A DNA stretch of 64,000 bases. It comes from an uncultured bacterium (GTDB lineage Bacteria; Cloacimonadota; Cloacimonadia; Cloacimonadales; Cloacimonadaceae). Both the position numbers and the translations under genes were made by a program. Below the pieces are notes generated by a model that was not told where the DNA came from, did no database searches, and was given only the letters and a program-made list of their open reading frames with translations. Below, one piece after another: positions 53,343 to 62,685 of this stretch. The first letter of the stretch is position 1. Each line of letters starts with the position of its first letter. The DNA lies in NCBI GenBank assembly GCA_937960795.1, contig CALGPA010000002.1:25458-89457 (forward strand), read 5' to 3'.

Positions 53343-54277
53343 GTGATATCTGGAAAAAAACTCCAAATGCAAGTGATCTTTTGAAGACTCGGCTTGGTAA
53401 ACTGGAACTAAAGACACCTTTGACAGTGGCTTCCGGCACATTTGATCTGGAAAATCTTGAGTTTTTTGATGAAGCATGTCTGGGTGCATTTGTGTGCAAG
53501 ACCATCACACGAGATCCCAAAAAGGGAAACCCGCCTCCTCGTCTTTATGAGACAGAAGCCGGGCTGATCAATTCTATCGGGCTTCAAAACCCGGGCTTGG
53601 ATATCTTCATCAATGAGAAGCTTCCTCAATATCGAGAAAGACTTCATGTGCCTTTGATTGTAAGCTTCTCAGGCTCCAGCATTGGTGAATTTGAGTCCAT
53701 GCTGGTTCAGCTTGAATCTTGCTCGGGTATCAGCGGATATGAGATCAACATATCCTGCCCAAATGTAGAGAATGAGGGCATTGCATTTGGAGTCTGTCCG
53801 GATGTGGTCTACGATTTGGTATCTCGTTTGTCTTCGCAGACAAATCGGGAGCTCTGTGTCAAGCTCAGTCCCAACGTCACAGATATTAGTCAGATTGCTC
53901 AGGCGGTGGAATCCGGGGGAGCAGATTCTTTGGCATTGATTAATAGCGTTTGGGGGATGGCGATAGACTACCAAAGTGGCAAATCTCAGGTCAAGAAAGG
54001 AATTGCCGGATACACGGGAATCGGGATCAAGCCCATAGCACTCGCCCTGACTTATAAGGCAGCTCAAAAAGTAGATATCCCCATCCTGGCGATGGGTGGA
54101 ATCTACAATTGGCAAGATGCCCTGGAATTCATCTGGGCAGGCGCTTCGGCTGTGGCGCTCGGCACGGCAAATTTCGTCAATCCCTTGGCGGCACCGGAGC
54201 TGATTATGGGACTAGGCGAGTATCTCTTGCAGACGGATCAAAAGATCTCGGATATCATCGGGAAAGTGAGTTTCTAG
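53327..54277 (+). CDS. pyrD: dihydroorotate dehydrogenase B catalytic subunit
   Basis: 316 aa with TPLTVASGTF, NISCPN (catalytic Cys) and GGI...A.E.I.AGASAV. AGGAGG RBS. Confidence 0.9.
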   Translation: MGAVLSDIWKKTPNASDLLKTRLGKLELKTPLTVASGTFDLENLEFFDEACLGAFVCKTITRDPKKGNPPPRLYETEAGLINSIGLQNPGLDIFINEKLPQYRERLHVPLIVSFSGSSIGEFESMLVQLESCSGISGYEINISCPNVENEGIAFGVCPDVVYDLVSRLSSQTNRELCVKLSPNVTDISQIAQAVESGGADSLALINSVWGMAIDYQSGKSQVKKGIAGYTGIGIKPIALALTYKAAQKVDIPILAMGGIYNWQDALEFIWAGASAVALGTANFVNPLAAPELIMGLGEYLLQTDQKISDIIGKVSF

Positions 54278-55629
54278 GAAAGAGCACGATATAGCTCTCG
54301 AATGTCCTTGAGCTTGTGTACCTTCTTGTTTGCCTTGATCTTGGCATAGGCTGAGACATAGATCTTTGAGTATCCCAGCTTGCTGGCTTCTGAGATTCGG
54401 ATCTCTTGTTGGGATACAGGGCGAACCTCTCCATTGAGGCCGACCTCACCGATGAAGACCGAGTTTTCCGGAAGAGGGCTGTCCTTGAGGCTGCTGATAA
54501 TGGCTGCCAGGATAGACAGATCCAAGGATGGATCTGAAGATCTGATCCCTCCTGCAAGATTGATGAAGACGTCATTGTTTCTCAGATATAGGGATAGACT
54601 TTTTTCCAAAATGGCCAAAAGTATCGCCAGCTTCTTTTGCTCAAGCCCAACGACAACTCTTTGGGGGGTGCCATAATTTGATCCCGTGGCAAGAGCCTGA
54701 ACCTCCACAATGAAGCTGCGGCTACCTTCCACAATGCATCCGATCGAGGCACCGATCTGAGACAAATCATTGCTAATAAAAATGGATGACGGATTTTCAG
54801 CAGGGATCAAGCCAAGATTGGTCATTTCAAACAGCCCGATCTCATTGGTGGAGCCAAAGCGGTTTTTAACAGCTCTGAGGATTTTGAATTGATTTCTCAT
54901 CTCACCTTCAAAGTATAAAACGGTATCAACCATATGTTCCAATATCTTGGGCCCTGCCACGTAGCCTTCTTTGGTCACGTGTCCCACCATGAAGATAGGA
55001 ATTCCAGTGCTTTTGCTGCATCTTAGGAGCCTGTTTGTGCTCTCTCTTAGCTGTGAGATGCTCCCCGGGATGGAATCAATTGAGCTGAGGCTGATGGACT
55101 GGATGCTGTCCACGATGGCAAGATCAGGAGATTCTTCATCGATCGAAGTAATGATGTGTTCCGTATCATTTGTGCAGAGCAGAAGTATGTTCTCACTGTC
55201 GACTTGAAGCCTTTTGCTACGAAGGTGGATCTGATTTGCGCTTTCCTCTCCAGAACAGTACAAGACTTTCTTTTGGGCTTTTCCAAGCCACTGTGCGAGT
55301 TGTAGCATCAGGGTGGATTTTCCGATTCCAGGTTCGCCTCCGATGAGGATGAGCATGCCCGATACTATCCCACCACCCAATACTAGGTCAAGCTCACTAT
55401 TCCCGGTTGGCATTCGTTTAAGATCTGTGCTATTGAGCGTGGCTATCTTCTGAGCTCTGGCCATGGTATGTCCGGTCATGCTGTTGACTGCTTTTCCCAG
55501 AATTCGGCTGCTTTCTTTCATGGTGCTCCAGCTTCCACAATTTGGGCATTTTCCTGCCCACTTGCTTGATTCAAATCCGCAGTCGGTACACACAAAGCTA
55601 TTTGGCATCAAGTACTCTCCAAAATTCAT
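54274..55629 (-). CDS. radA: DNA repair protein RadA
   Basis: 451 aa with a Zn finger CTDCGF...CPNCGSW, Walker A GEPGIGKST, KNRFG and a Lon-like C-terminal domain. It converges on pyrD with a 4-nt overlap. Confidence 0.95.
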   Translation of the reverse strand: MNFGEYLMPNSFVCTDCGFESSKWAGKCPNCGSWSTMKESSRILGKAVNSMTGHTMARAQKIATLNSTDLKRMPTGNSELDLVLGGGIVSGMLILIGGEPGIGKSTLMLQLAQWLGKAQKKVLYCSGEESANQIHLRSKRLQVDSENILLLCTNDTEHIITSIDEESPDLAIVDSIQSISLSSIDSIPGSISQLRESTNRLLRCSKSTGIPIFMVGHVTKEGYVAGPKILEHMVDTVLYFEGEMRNQFKILRAVKNRFGSTNEIGLFEMTNLGLIPAENPSSIFISNDLSQIGASIGCIVEGSRSFIVEVQALATGSNYGTPQRVVVGLEQKKLAILLAILEKSLSLYLRNNDVFINLAGGIRSSDPSLDLSILAAIISSLKDSPLPENSVFIGEVGLNGEVRPVSQQEIRISEASKLGYSKIYVSAYAKIKANKKVHKLKDIRELYRALS

Positions 55630-55746
55630 TTTGTGTCATATGCTCATAAAGCCTCAATTTGGCAAGGAAATTTTGGCTTGATCTTTTGCAATCTAGATTT
55701 GGATCAAATGCAAAAAGGGGGATGGGAAAAAAGTGATGAATTTCCC

Positions 55747-55775
55747 TTGACGGAATACTGGGTATCGAAAATAAT
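55747..55775 (+). promoter_or_regulatory. putative sigma70-type promoter of the glycogen cluster
   Basis: TTGACG (55747-55752), 17-nt spacer, AATAAT (55770-55775), 37 nt before the ATG at 55812. Confidence 0.35.
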
Positions 55776-55811
55776 CAACACATAGTCTGATTTTGATCTT
55801 TAGGGGGTTTG

Positions 55812-57848
55812 ATGAAAAACTACTTCATGGAGACTCATCACCACGAATGGGTTCTTGCAAACAAGCTTGGTGGCTATGCGTTGGGGACAGGGAACCTGAT
55901 CAACCAGCGTAAGTACCATGGCCTATTGATAGCGGGAGACTCGAAGTCAAATCGCAATCATCTAGTAGCCGGAATCGAGGAAAAGGTGGAGTGGCGCGGT
56001 GAAACAATACATCTGGATAGCAACAACTATAGCAATTGTATCTATCCTGAAGGTTTTCTACACTTAGTAAAACCCTGGTTAAGGCCATATCCGGCTTTCT
56101 TGTATTCAGCTTTGCCGCATCAAAATGAGATCCTCATCCTCAAAGAGATCATGATGGACGAGCTAAGCAATAGCACTCTTATACGCTATACAAATCTTGG
56201 CAGCCACAAACTGCACTTTCAATTTCATCCAAAGTATACGATGAATCCGCATCATGAGATCAATCCCCACGGAAGTCTGGATTTTACCGAGTATGATATA
56301 GATCTGAAGTCTTCAGAGCATTTTAGTAGTTGCAGTGCTACTCGCAAAGACAATGGCATCCAGGTGCATTGTTCGGCGGAGAAAGCTAAGATTTTTAGCA
56401 ATCGGTATGTCTATTATAATGTATACTATCCTTGGGAAGTGATGAGCGGCTATGCTGGAATCGGAGATCAGATCAGCCTTTTTGAGCTTTCCTTTGATCT
56501 GGTGCCCAATGAGTCCATCCAGATCATCTTTAGCGATGCTCCCATAGACCACCATCAGATCTTGGCAAAACGCATTGTTGATCGATATCAATCCCTGCCC
56601 TTGCCGGCTGATTTTCCGAAGCAAGCATCACCGGGAGATTCCCTCTTGGAGAGCCTTGATTATGATGATGAGCTACTTTTTGATCGTCAGCAGTATCTCA
56701 AGATCTTGGAGACGGCATTGATGGATTTTGTAGGGGCGGATGACGTCGTCGCGGGATATCCATTTTATGGGGCTTGGGGCAGAGACAGCATGGTCGTGCT
56801 AAACACACTTTTGCACTCTGACAAGCAAAGAATTGAGATAGCTGAACGCATCCTGAGCAGATATAGTCGCCACATTAAAAACGGCTTGATTCCCAATGTC
56901 TTTGCCGAGTCGGGGCGGGAAGCGAATTATGACAGCATTGATGCAACTTTGTGGTACGTAATTCTACTTTGGAAGCTAGGGAAGATCAAAGCGAGCAAGG
57001 TCTACTGGAAAGAGGTAATTCATCTGACTGAAGATATCTTCAGATCCATCCTAGAATTTCCGAATCACCCCTTTAATATCCGAGAAGATGGATTGATCGA
57101 GCTAGAACCATCCTTTTCCCATGGGACATGGATGGACGTTCGGATAGACGGCAAGGCTGTCACTCCGCGGTGGGGGGCTCCTGTGGAGATTAACGCTTTG
57201 TGGTACAATGCTCTGTCTTCATATGAGGCAATGTGCAAAGCATACAGCGCTATGGCTGAAGAATATCGGCCCAAACAAGACTATCTTCTTTTCAAGGATA
57301 GAGTATACTCTTCCTTCGACAAGTTTTGGACCGGAGAATATCTAGCAGATAGACTTGAGGGAGATAAGCCAATCATAGAGATTCGCCCCAATGCCATCAT
57401 CGCACTGTCGCTGCCGTGGTCAGTCTGCTCGCAAGAGATCATGAAGAAAGTGTTTAAGCGTGCAAAAGAAGAGCTGCTAACGCCATATGGTATTCGCACA
57501 CTGAGTCCTCGGGATCCCCGTTTTCGCAAGAAGTATTATGGAACTCAGGTCCAAAGAGATCTCAGCTACCACAATGGCAGTGTCTGGGCTTGGCTTTTGG
57601 GAGCATTCTGCGGATTATATCTGAAGCTGTATCATGGCGTCAAGAGTAATGCTGAGATGGTGGAGGAAATGGGTTCGTTTGTAAAACAACTCAGGCATGG
57701 TTTTATGAAGGGGCATATCGCCTCCGTTGCCGAGGTTTGGGATGGAGACAAGCCGCATTTCCCCAAAGGAGCTCCCGCCCAAGCATGGAGCGTTGCTGCT
57801 TTGTACAACATTGAGACTTATATATACTCACTGGAGAGACGGAAATGA
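55812..57848 (+). CDS. glycogen debranching enzyme (amylo-alpha-1,6-glucosidase, GDE_C type)
   Basis: About 678 aa with YGAWGRDSMV, GLIPNVF, DATLWY, EINALWYNAL and YHNGSVWAWLLG, which are typical of the (alpha/alpha)6 GDE family. Confidence 0.8.
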   Translation: MKNYFMETHHHEWVLANKLGGYALGTGNLINQRKYHGLLIAGDSKSNRNHLVAGIEEKVEWRGETIHLDSNNYSNCIYPEGFLHLVKPWLRPYPAFLYSALPHQNEILILKEIMMDELSNSTLIRYTNLGSHKLHFQFHPKYTMNPHHEINPHGSLDFTEYDIDLKSSEHFSSCSATRKDNGIQVHCSAEKAKIFSNRYVYYNVYYPWEVMSGYAGIGDQISLFELSFDLVPNESIQIIFSDAPIDHHQILAKRIVDRYQSLPLPADFPKQASPGDSLLESLDYDDELLFDRQQYLKILETALMDFVGADDVVAGYPFYGAWGRDSMVVLNTLLHSDKQRIEIAERILSRYSRHIKNGLIPNVFAESGREANYDSIDATLWYVILLWKLGKIKASKVYWKEVIHLTEDIFRSILEFPNHPFNIREDGLIELEPSFSHGTWMDVRIDGKAVTPRWGAPVEINALWYNALSSYEAMCKAYSAMAEEYRPKQDYLLFKDRVYSSFDKFWTGEYLADRLEGDKPIIEIRPNAIIALSLPWSVCSQEIMKKVFKRAKEELLTPYGIRTLSPRDPRFRKKYYGTQVQRDLSYHNGSVWAWLLGAFCGLYLKLYHGVKSNAEMVEEMGSFVKQLRHGFMKGHIASVAEVWDGDKPHFPKGAPAQAWSVAALYNIETYIYSLERRK

Positions 57849-59185
57849 AGATATTGATGTTTACATGGGAATTCCCACCCCTGATCTCCGGTGGACTGGG
57901 CATGGCTTGCTATGGGATGGTGAAAGCCCTTTTGGGACTTGGCATCAAGATTGACTTGGTCCTGCCCACCAAAGAAATGGTTTATTTCCCATTGGAAAAA
58001 CCCGGCGATGTTGACACTCTGCCCGCGGTCTTTTTTGAGCAAAGCAAGCAGCTGCGCTATACAGCACAGACCTTTGTGACTCTCGAGGAAAGACTGGAGT
58101 ATATCGGCATCTCAGATGATCCCGAGTCCTACTTTCAGCTTTCTGATATCAAGCAGTATGTCCAGAGCATCAAAAAGGAATATTGGATATCCGAAACCGC
58201 ATCGGTGCAGGAGCATGAGCTTCTGCAGCAGATGACGGATAGTCTTGTGGGCGAGGAGGATCTCATCCATAAGATCCAAGAGTTTACCATGCGATCTGAG
58301 CGATTTGCCCGGGTCTTGGATTATGATCTGATCCATGCTCATGATTGGCTGACTTATCCGGCGGGGATGCTTGCTCGGAGAATTAGCGGGAAACCGTTGG
58401 TTACTCATATCCATGCGACCGAATTTGACAGAGCTGGTGGCCCGGGGGATGAGCGTGTGCACAAGATAGAACACTCAGGAATGCGTTTTGCAGACCAAGT
58501 GATAGCCGTTTCAGAGTATACCGCTCAGATGATCATGAGCCGATATCGTATCGACTCCGGCAAGATCAAGATTGTTCACAATGCCTTTTCTGTCCCGGAT
58601 GATGCGGTGCGCGGTAAGAAGCGGATCTTTAAGGGTCCGGTGATTCTATTTTTGGGTAGGATCACTCTGCAAAAGGGTCCTGATTACTTTTTGGATATAG
58701 CCCACAAAGTGCTCCAGTCGCATCCGGAAGCTCGCTTTATCATGGCAGGAACAGGTGACATGGGAAGAAAGCTACTGCGTCGCTCAGCCAGCCTTAAGCT
58801 CCAAAATAGATTTCTTTTTACCGGCTTCCTCAATAGAAAGCAGGTGGAAAGGATTCTGAGAGCATCAGATATATATGTCTTGCCATCTGTCTCCGAACCA
58901 TTTGGAATCAGTCCCTTGGAAGCTATGGCATTTGGGATTACTTCGATCATATCCAAGCAGTCCGGGGTTGCAGAAGTCGTGAATCACGCTTTTAAGATTG
59001 ACTTCTGGGATACAGATCTTTGGGTCGAAACCATCAATCATCTCATCGCCAATCCCGAGAAGTGCATCAAGATGGGTATAGATGGAATGCATGAAGTAAA
59101 CAAGATCCAATGGAACGATGCAGCCGTCAAGATTCGGAACTTGTACATAGCCACTCTCGCAGAGTATATCCGAAACCAAGAATAG
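57845..59185 (+). CDS. glycosyltransferase, glycogen synthase-like (GT4/GT5)
   Basis: 446 aa. The N-terminus is KILMFTWEFPPLISGGLGMACYGMVKAL and the C-terminal domain contains EPFGISPLEAMAFG. It overlaps the GDE stop by 4 nt. Confidence 0.8.
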   Translation: MKILMFTWEFPPLISGGLGMACYGMVKALLGLGIKIDLVLPTKEMVYFPLEKPGDVDTLPAVFFEQSKQLRYTAQTFVTLEERLEYIGISDDPESYFQLSDIKQYVQSIKKEYWISETASVQEHELLQQMTDSLVGEEDLIHKIQEFTMRSERFARVLDYDLIHAHDWLTYPAGMLARRISGKPLVTHIHATEFDRAGGPGDERVHKIEHSGMRFADQVIAVSEYTAQMIMSRYRIDSGKIKIVHNAFSVPDDAVRGKKRIFKGPVILFLGRITLQKGPDYFLDIAHKVLQSHPEARFIMAGTGDMGRKLLRRSASLKLQNRFLFTGFLNRKQVERILRASDIYVLPSVSEPFGISPLEAMAFGITSIISKQSGVAEVVNHAFKIDFWDTDLWVETINHLIANPEKCIKMGIDGMHEVNKIQWNDAAVKIRNLYIATLAEYIRNQE

Positions 59186-59196
59186 AGGGAGAACCG

Positions 59197-60396
59197 ATGC
59201 TCAATATAGTATTTTATTTTCAAGTGCATCAGCCATATCGCTTGAACCACTTTAACGTTCTGGACATCGGCAGTGACTCATCGCTGTTTGACGATAGGCT
59301 CAATAAAGAGGTCATGCTAAAGGTGGCTCAGAAGTGTTATCTGCCCACGAATAAACTCTTGCTGGAGCTGATTAAGGCTCATGAAGGAAGATTTAAGGTA
59401 GCGTTTTCCATCACCGGCACTGCGATCGAGCAGTTTAAGTTATACAGCCCTAAGACCCTGGACTCTTTCAAAGAACTCGTGAATACAGGGTGTGTCGAAC
59501 TATTAGGGGAGACGTATTATCATTCATTGGCGTTTTTGTATGACAGGGATGAGTTTCTGGATCAAGTCAGTATGCATCGAGAGCTTATGCAGCAAGAATT
59601 TGGCTATCATACTCAAACCTTCCGCAACACTGAATTGATCTATCAGGACAGTCTTTCGGATATAGTCTATGAGATTGAGGGGTTTAAAACCATCGTCACA
59701 GAGGGAGTGGACCGGATTCTTCAGTGGCGCTCACCTTTGTATGCGTACAAAAATTATAGCAAACGCATGAACCTGCTCTTGAAATACTATCAATTGGCGG
59801 ATGACATCGCATTTAGGTTCTCCAATCGTGATTGGCCGGAGTATCCTCTGACTGTCCAGAAATTTGTGCACTGGATCGACAAGCTGTCTTTGGGAGAGCA
59901 TAAGGGGCGCAATCAGTTTCTCAATCTCTTTATGGATTATGAGACCTTTGGAGAGCACCAATGGGCGTCCAGCGGAATCTTTGACTTTATGCGTCACTTC
60001 CCCTCTGAGATCCTTAAGCACTCTCATCTGGGCTTTGTCACACCCCAAGAAACAGCTGATTTGGCAAACTATCAACAAGAATCCATATCATTCCCCGAGC
60101 CTGTTTCATGGGCAGATGAGCAGAGAGATCTTTCAGCTTGGCTGGAAAACGATATGCAGCATAATGCTATCGAAACGCTCTATGGCCTGTTTGAAAAGAT
60201 CAGAATCAAGGGCGATGAAGAGCTTCTGCGAACCGCTCGCCTTCTGAGTACTTCAGATCACTTTTATTATATGTGTTCCAAATACTTCCAAGATGGAGAC
60301 GTGCACAAATACTTCTCACCATACGATTCCCCGGATCAGGCATACATATATTATATCAATGCTTTAGCAGAATTGGAAGAAAGGCTAATGAGGTAA
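59197..60396 (+). CDS. glycoside hydrolase family 57 (alpha-amylase / branching enzyme type)
   Basis: I moved the start to ATG 59197 (GGGAGAA RBS). The N-terminal FYFQVHQPYRL and a later DYETFGEHQW fit GH57. Confidence 0.8.
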   Translation: MLNIVFYFQVHQPYRLNHFNVLDIGSDSSLFDDRLNKEVMLKVAQKCYLPTNKLLLELIKAHEGRFKVAFSITGTAIEQFKLYSPKTLDSFKELVNTGCVELLGETYYHSLAFLYDRDEFLDQVSMHRELMQQEFGYHTQTFRNTELIYQDSLSDIVYEIEGFKTIVTEGVDRILQWRSPLYAYKNYSKRMNLLLKYYQLADDIAFRFSNRDWPEYPLTVQKFVHWIDKLSLGEHKGRNQFLNLFMDYETFGEHQWASSGIFDFMRHFPSEILKHSHLGFVTPQETADLANYQQESISFPEPVSWADEQRDLSAWLENDMQHNAIETLYGLFEKIRIKGDEELLRTARLLSTSDHFYYMCSKYFQDGDVHKYFSPYDSPDQAYIYYINALAELEERLMR

Positions 60397-60399
60397 GCC

Positions 60400-61818
60400 A
60401 TGAAAAAAGGAAAAGTTCTTATCCTAGAAGATGATGTCGTTTTAGCAGATCAGATAGCCCTTGTCCTAAACAGATATTCATATGAGGTCTTGGTCACGCC
60501 AAACTCAGATATATTCTTTGAGGAGCTTCGTATATTCAATCCTGATGTCATACTTTTGGATGTCTACCTGGTAGGAAGCAAACTCAATGGCATACAGGTA
60601 CTTAAGCAGTTAAAAGAGAAAATGGACTTGAACTATAAGGTCATAGTCATTTCCGGAGAAGTGACTACCGCCCAAGTTCAAGAGATCCGAGCCTTGGGAG
60701 CATATCATTTCATTGAAAAGGGTGGAAGCTTTAGCACAAACCAGCTGCTGCTACATATCGACAACGCGATCACACTCAAAAGACAAGAGGAAGAACACAT
60801 CGGTTTGCAGATTGAGTACATCAATCTAAAGAAGCAGTTTACCAGATCTTTTCCATTAATTGGTGAGTCTGAGGCTATCAAAAAAGTCAGGGATCAGATC
60901 CATAAACTTGCTGAGGTTGACGAAGATCTCTTCTTGGTCGGAGAGACCGGGACCGGGAAAGAAGTGGCCGCAAACTATTATTACATCAGTTCACGACGCT
61001 TTGGTAAGCCATTTCACACTCTAAATTGCTCGACCCTGACCGAAACGTATATCGAGAGTGAGCTCTTTGGCCATATGAAGGGAAGTCTTCCAAATGCCAC
61101 CGGTAACAAGATTGGTTTCTTTGAAGAATGCAGCAATGGCCTCCTTTTTTTGGACGAGGTGACTCATCTGAACCCATTATCACAATCCAAGATACTTCGT
61201 GCAATCGAAAACAAAGAGATTCAGGTCGTCGGTGGTGCAATGAAGAAGGTGAATACCCGGCTCATCTTTGCAACAAATTCTACCATGAACAGACTGGTAA
61301 ATTCGGAGTCTTTTCGCAAGGACCTGCTCTTTAGGATCGAAGGGAACATTGTAGAGCTGCCTCCGCTCAGAGAAAGGGGAGATGACATCCTGCTGCTCAT
61401 GAGTTTTTTCCTGACCAACTTCTCAGTCAAATACAATATCAATGATCAACTGGACCTTGTGAGCCTCAAGGATTCGCTTTTGGCATATGACTGGCCGGGC
61501 AACATTCGGGAGCTTAGAAACTTTTGTAAGTTCATCATGATCAATGAAGAGAATATCACAAATTCGATCATCATGAAGCATCTGGAGCACAAGATTAATG
61601 GCTTTGAGCCTGAGCGCGATGTCGATACCTCCAAGTATATGCATATTCGAAACCTAAAAGAAAGCATGGCAGAATATGAAAAAGATTATCTTTTGTACCA
61701 TCTGGAACGCAATAAGTGGCAAGTCTCAAAAACCGCTCGTAGCATAGGCATAGAGCGTACGACGCTGTACAAAAAGATCAAACAGCTTGGCATAAACACT
61801 CGAGGGGTTGAAGAATAA
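60400..61818 (+). CDS. NtrC-family response regulator (receiver + AAA+ + Fis HTH) with degenerate GAFTGA loop
   Basis: 472 aa with receiver DVILLDVYL, Walker A GETGTGKE and HTH VSKTARSIGIERTTLYKKIKQLGI. The sigma54-contact motif reads ELFGHMKGSLPNA instead of ELFGHEKGAFTGA. Confidence 0.85.
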   Translation: MKKGKVLILEDDVVLADQIALVLNRYSYEVLVTPNSDIFFEELRIFNPDVILLDVYLVGSKLNGIQVLKQLKEKMDLNYKVIVISGEVTTAQVQEIRALGAYHFIEKGGSFSTNQLLLHIDNAITLKRQEEEHIGLQIEYINLKKQFTRSFPLIGESEAIKKVRDQIHKLAEVDEDLFLVGETGTGKEVAANYYYISSRRFGKPFHTLNCSTLTETYIESELFGHMKGSLPNATGNKIGFFEECSNGLLFLDEVTHLNPLSQSKILRAIENKEIQVVGGAMKKVNTRLIFATNSTMNRLVNSESFRKDLLFRIEGNIVELPPLRERGDDILLLMSFFLTNFSVKYNINDQLDLVSLKDSLLAYDWPGNIRELRNFCKFIMINEENITNSIIMKHLEHKINGFEPERDVDTSKYMHIRNLKESMAEYEKDYLLYHLERNKWQVSKTARSIGIERTTLYKKIKQLGINTRGVEE

Positions 61819-62685
61819 ATGCTCAAGGACAATCTTGGTTTACGCGTTTTTGCGATGTTTTTGGCTGTTATCCTGTGGATGCAGTCAATTCTGGTGTCAG
61901 AGCAAAGAAGCGTTGTCTCGTTCCCACTTACTCTTCGCGATGTTCCTCTGGGAATCACTTTAGAAAACATTCCGGAGCAGCTTTCCTTCAATGTTCGCGG
62001 CAAGGGCTTGGATATACTGCGTATGATACTCAGCAAGCCCACTGTGTCGATCGACGCCAGCATGATCTCAGTCAATACAGATCAGATACCTTTGCAAGAC
62101 TACATCATAGATTTGCCCGAAAACATCAACGTGAGCTTCCTGGGTCCCAGCGACGCTGAACTGCTAAATATCCAGGCTGATGTTTTTCATCAAAAGTCAG
62201 TTCCCATCAGACTTGACTTTGCAAACACATACACCCAAAATAGACTTTCTGAGATGACATATCGGATCACACCGGAAACTGTGACGATCTTCGGCTCCAG
62301 ATCCAGACTCCAGAACATCAGCATGATTCTCACTCAATCCATCGATCAGGAGATACTCAGTGCCGGAAGAGCGGAGATAAACCTGGTGCTGCCTTATGAT
62401 GATGTGTCCTTGTCGGAGGATAGTGTTACACTCAGCATATCCGGGATACAAGAAGCAACCAGAGTCTTTACTGATGTATCCCTTCCTGCAGGCCATATCC
62501 CTTCCCGAATTGCCGTCAGATTGCAAGCTCCGGCGTCGATACTGGAAAGGATCAGTGAAGACGACATTGCTGCATCTGTGATGGTAAATGCCGATGAATC
62601 CGGCCTGTATCCGATCATGATTGTGGTGCCGGAAAACGTGCAGGTCATTGCCGTAACTCCTGATCGAGTAAGGAAACGCCAATGA
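61819..62685 (+). CDS. YbbR-domain protein (CdaR-like)
   Basis: 288 aa. The N-terminal anchor NLGLRVFAMFLAVILWM is typical of YbbR proteins. Repeated beta-rich units follow. Confidence 0.65.
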   Translation: MLKDNLGLRVFAMFLAVILWMQSILVSEQRSVVSFPLTLRDVPLGITLENIPEQLSFNVRGKGLDILRMILSKPTVSIDASMISVNTDQIPLQDYIIDLPENINVSFLGPSDAELLNIQADVFHQKSVPIRLDFANTYTQNRLSEMTYRITPETVTIFGSRSRLQNISMILTQSIDQEILSAGRAEINLVLPYDDVSLSEDSVTLSISGIQEATRVFTDVSLPAGHIPSRIAVRLQAPASILERISEDDIAASVMVNADESGLYPIMIVVPENVQVIAVTPDRVRKRQ

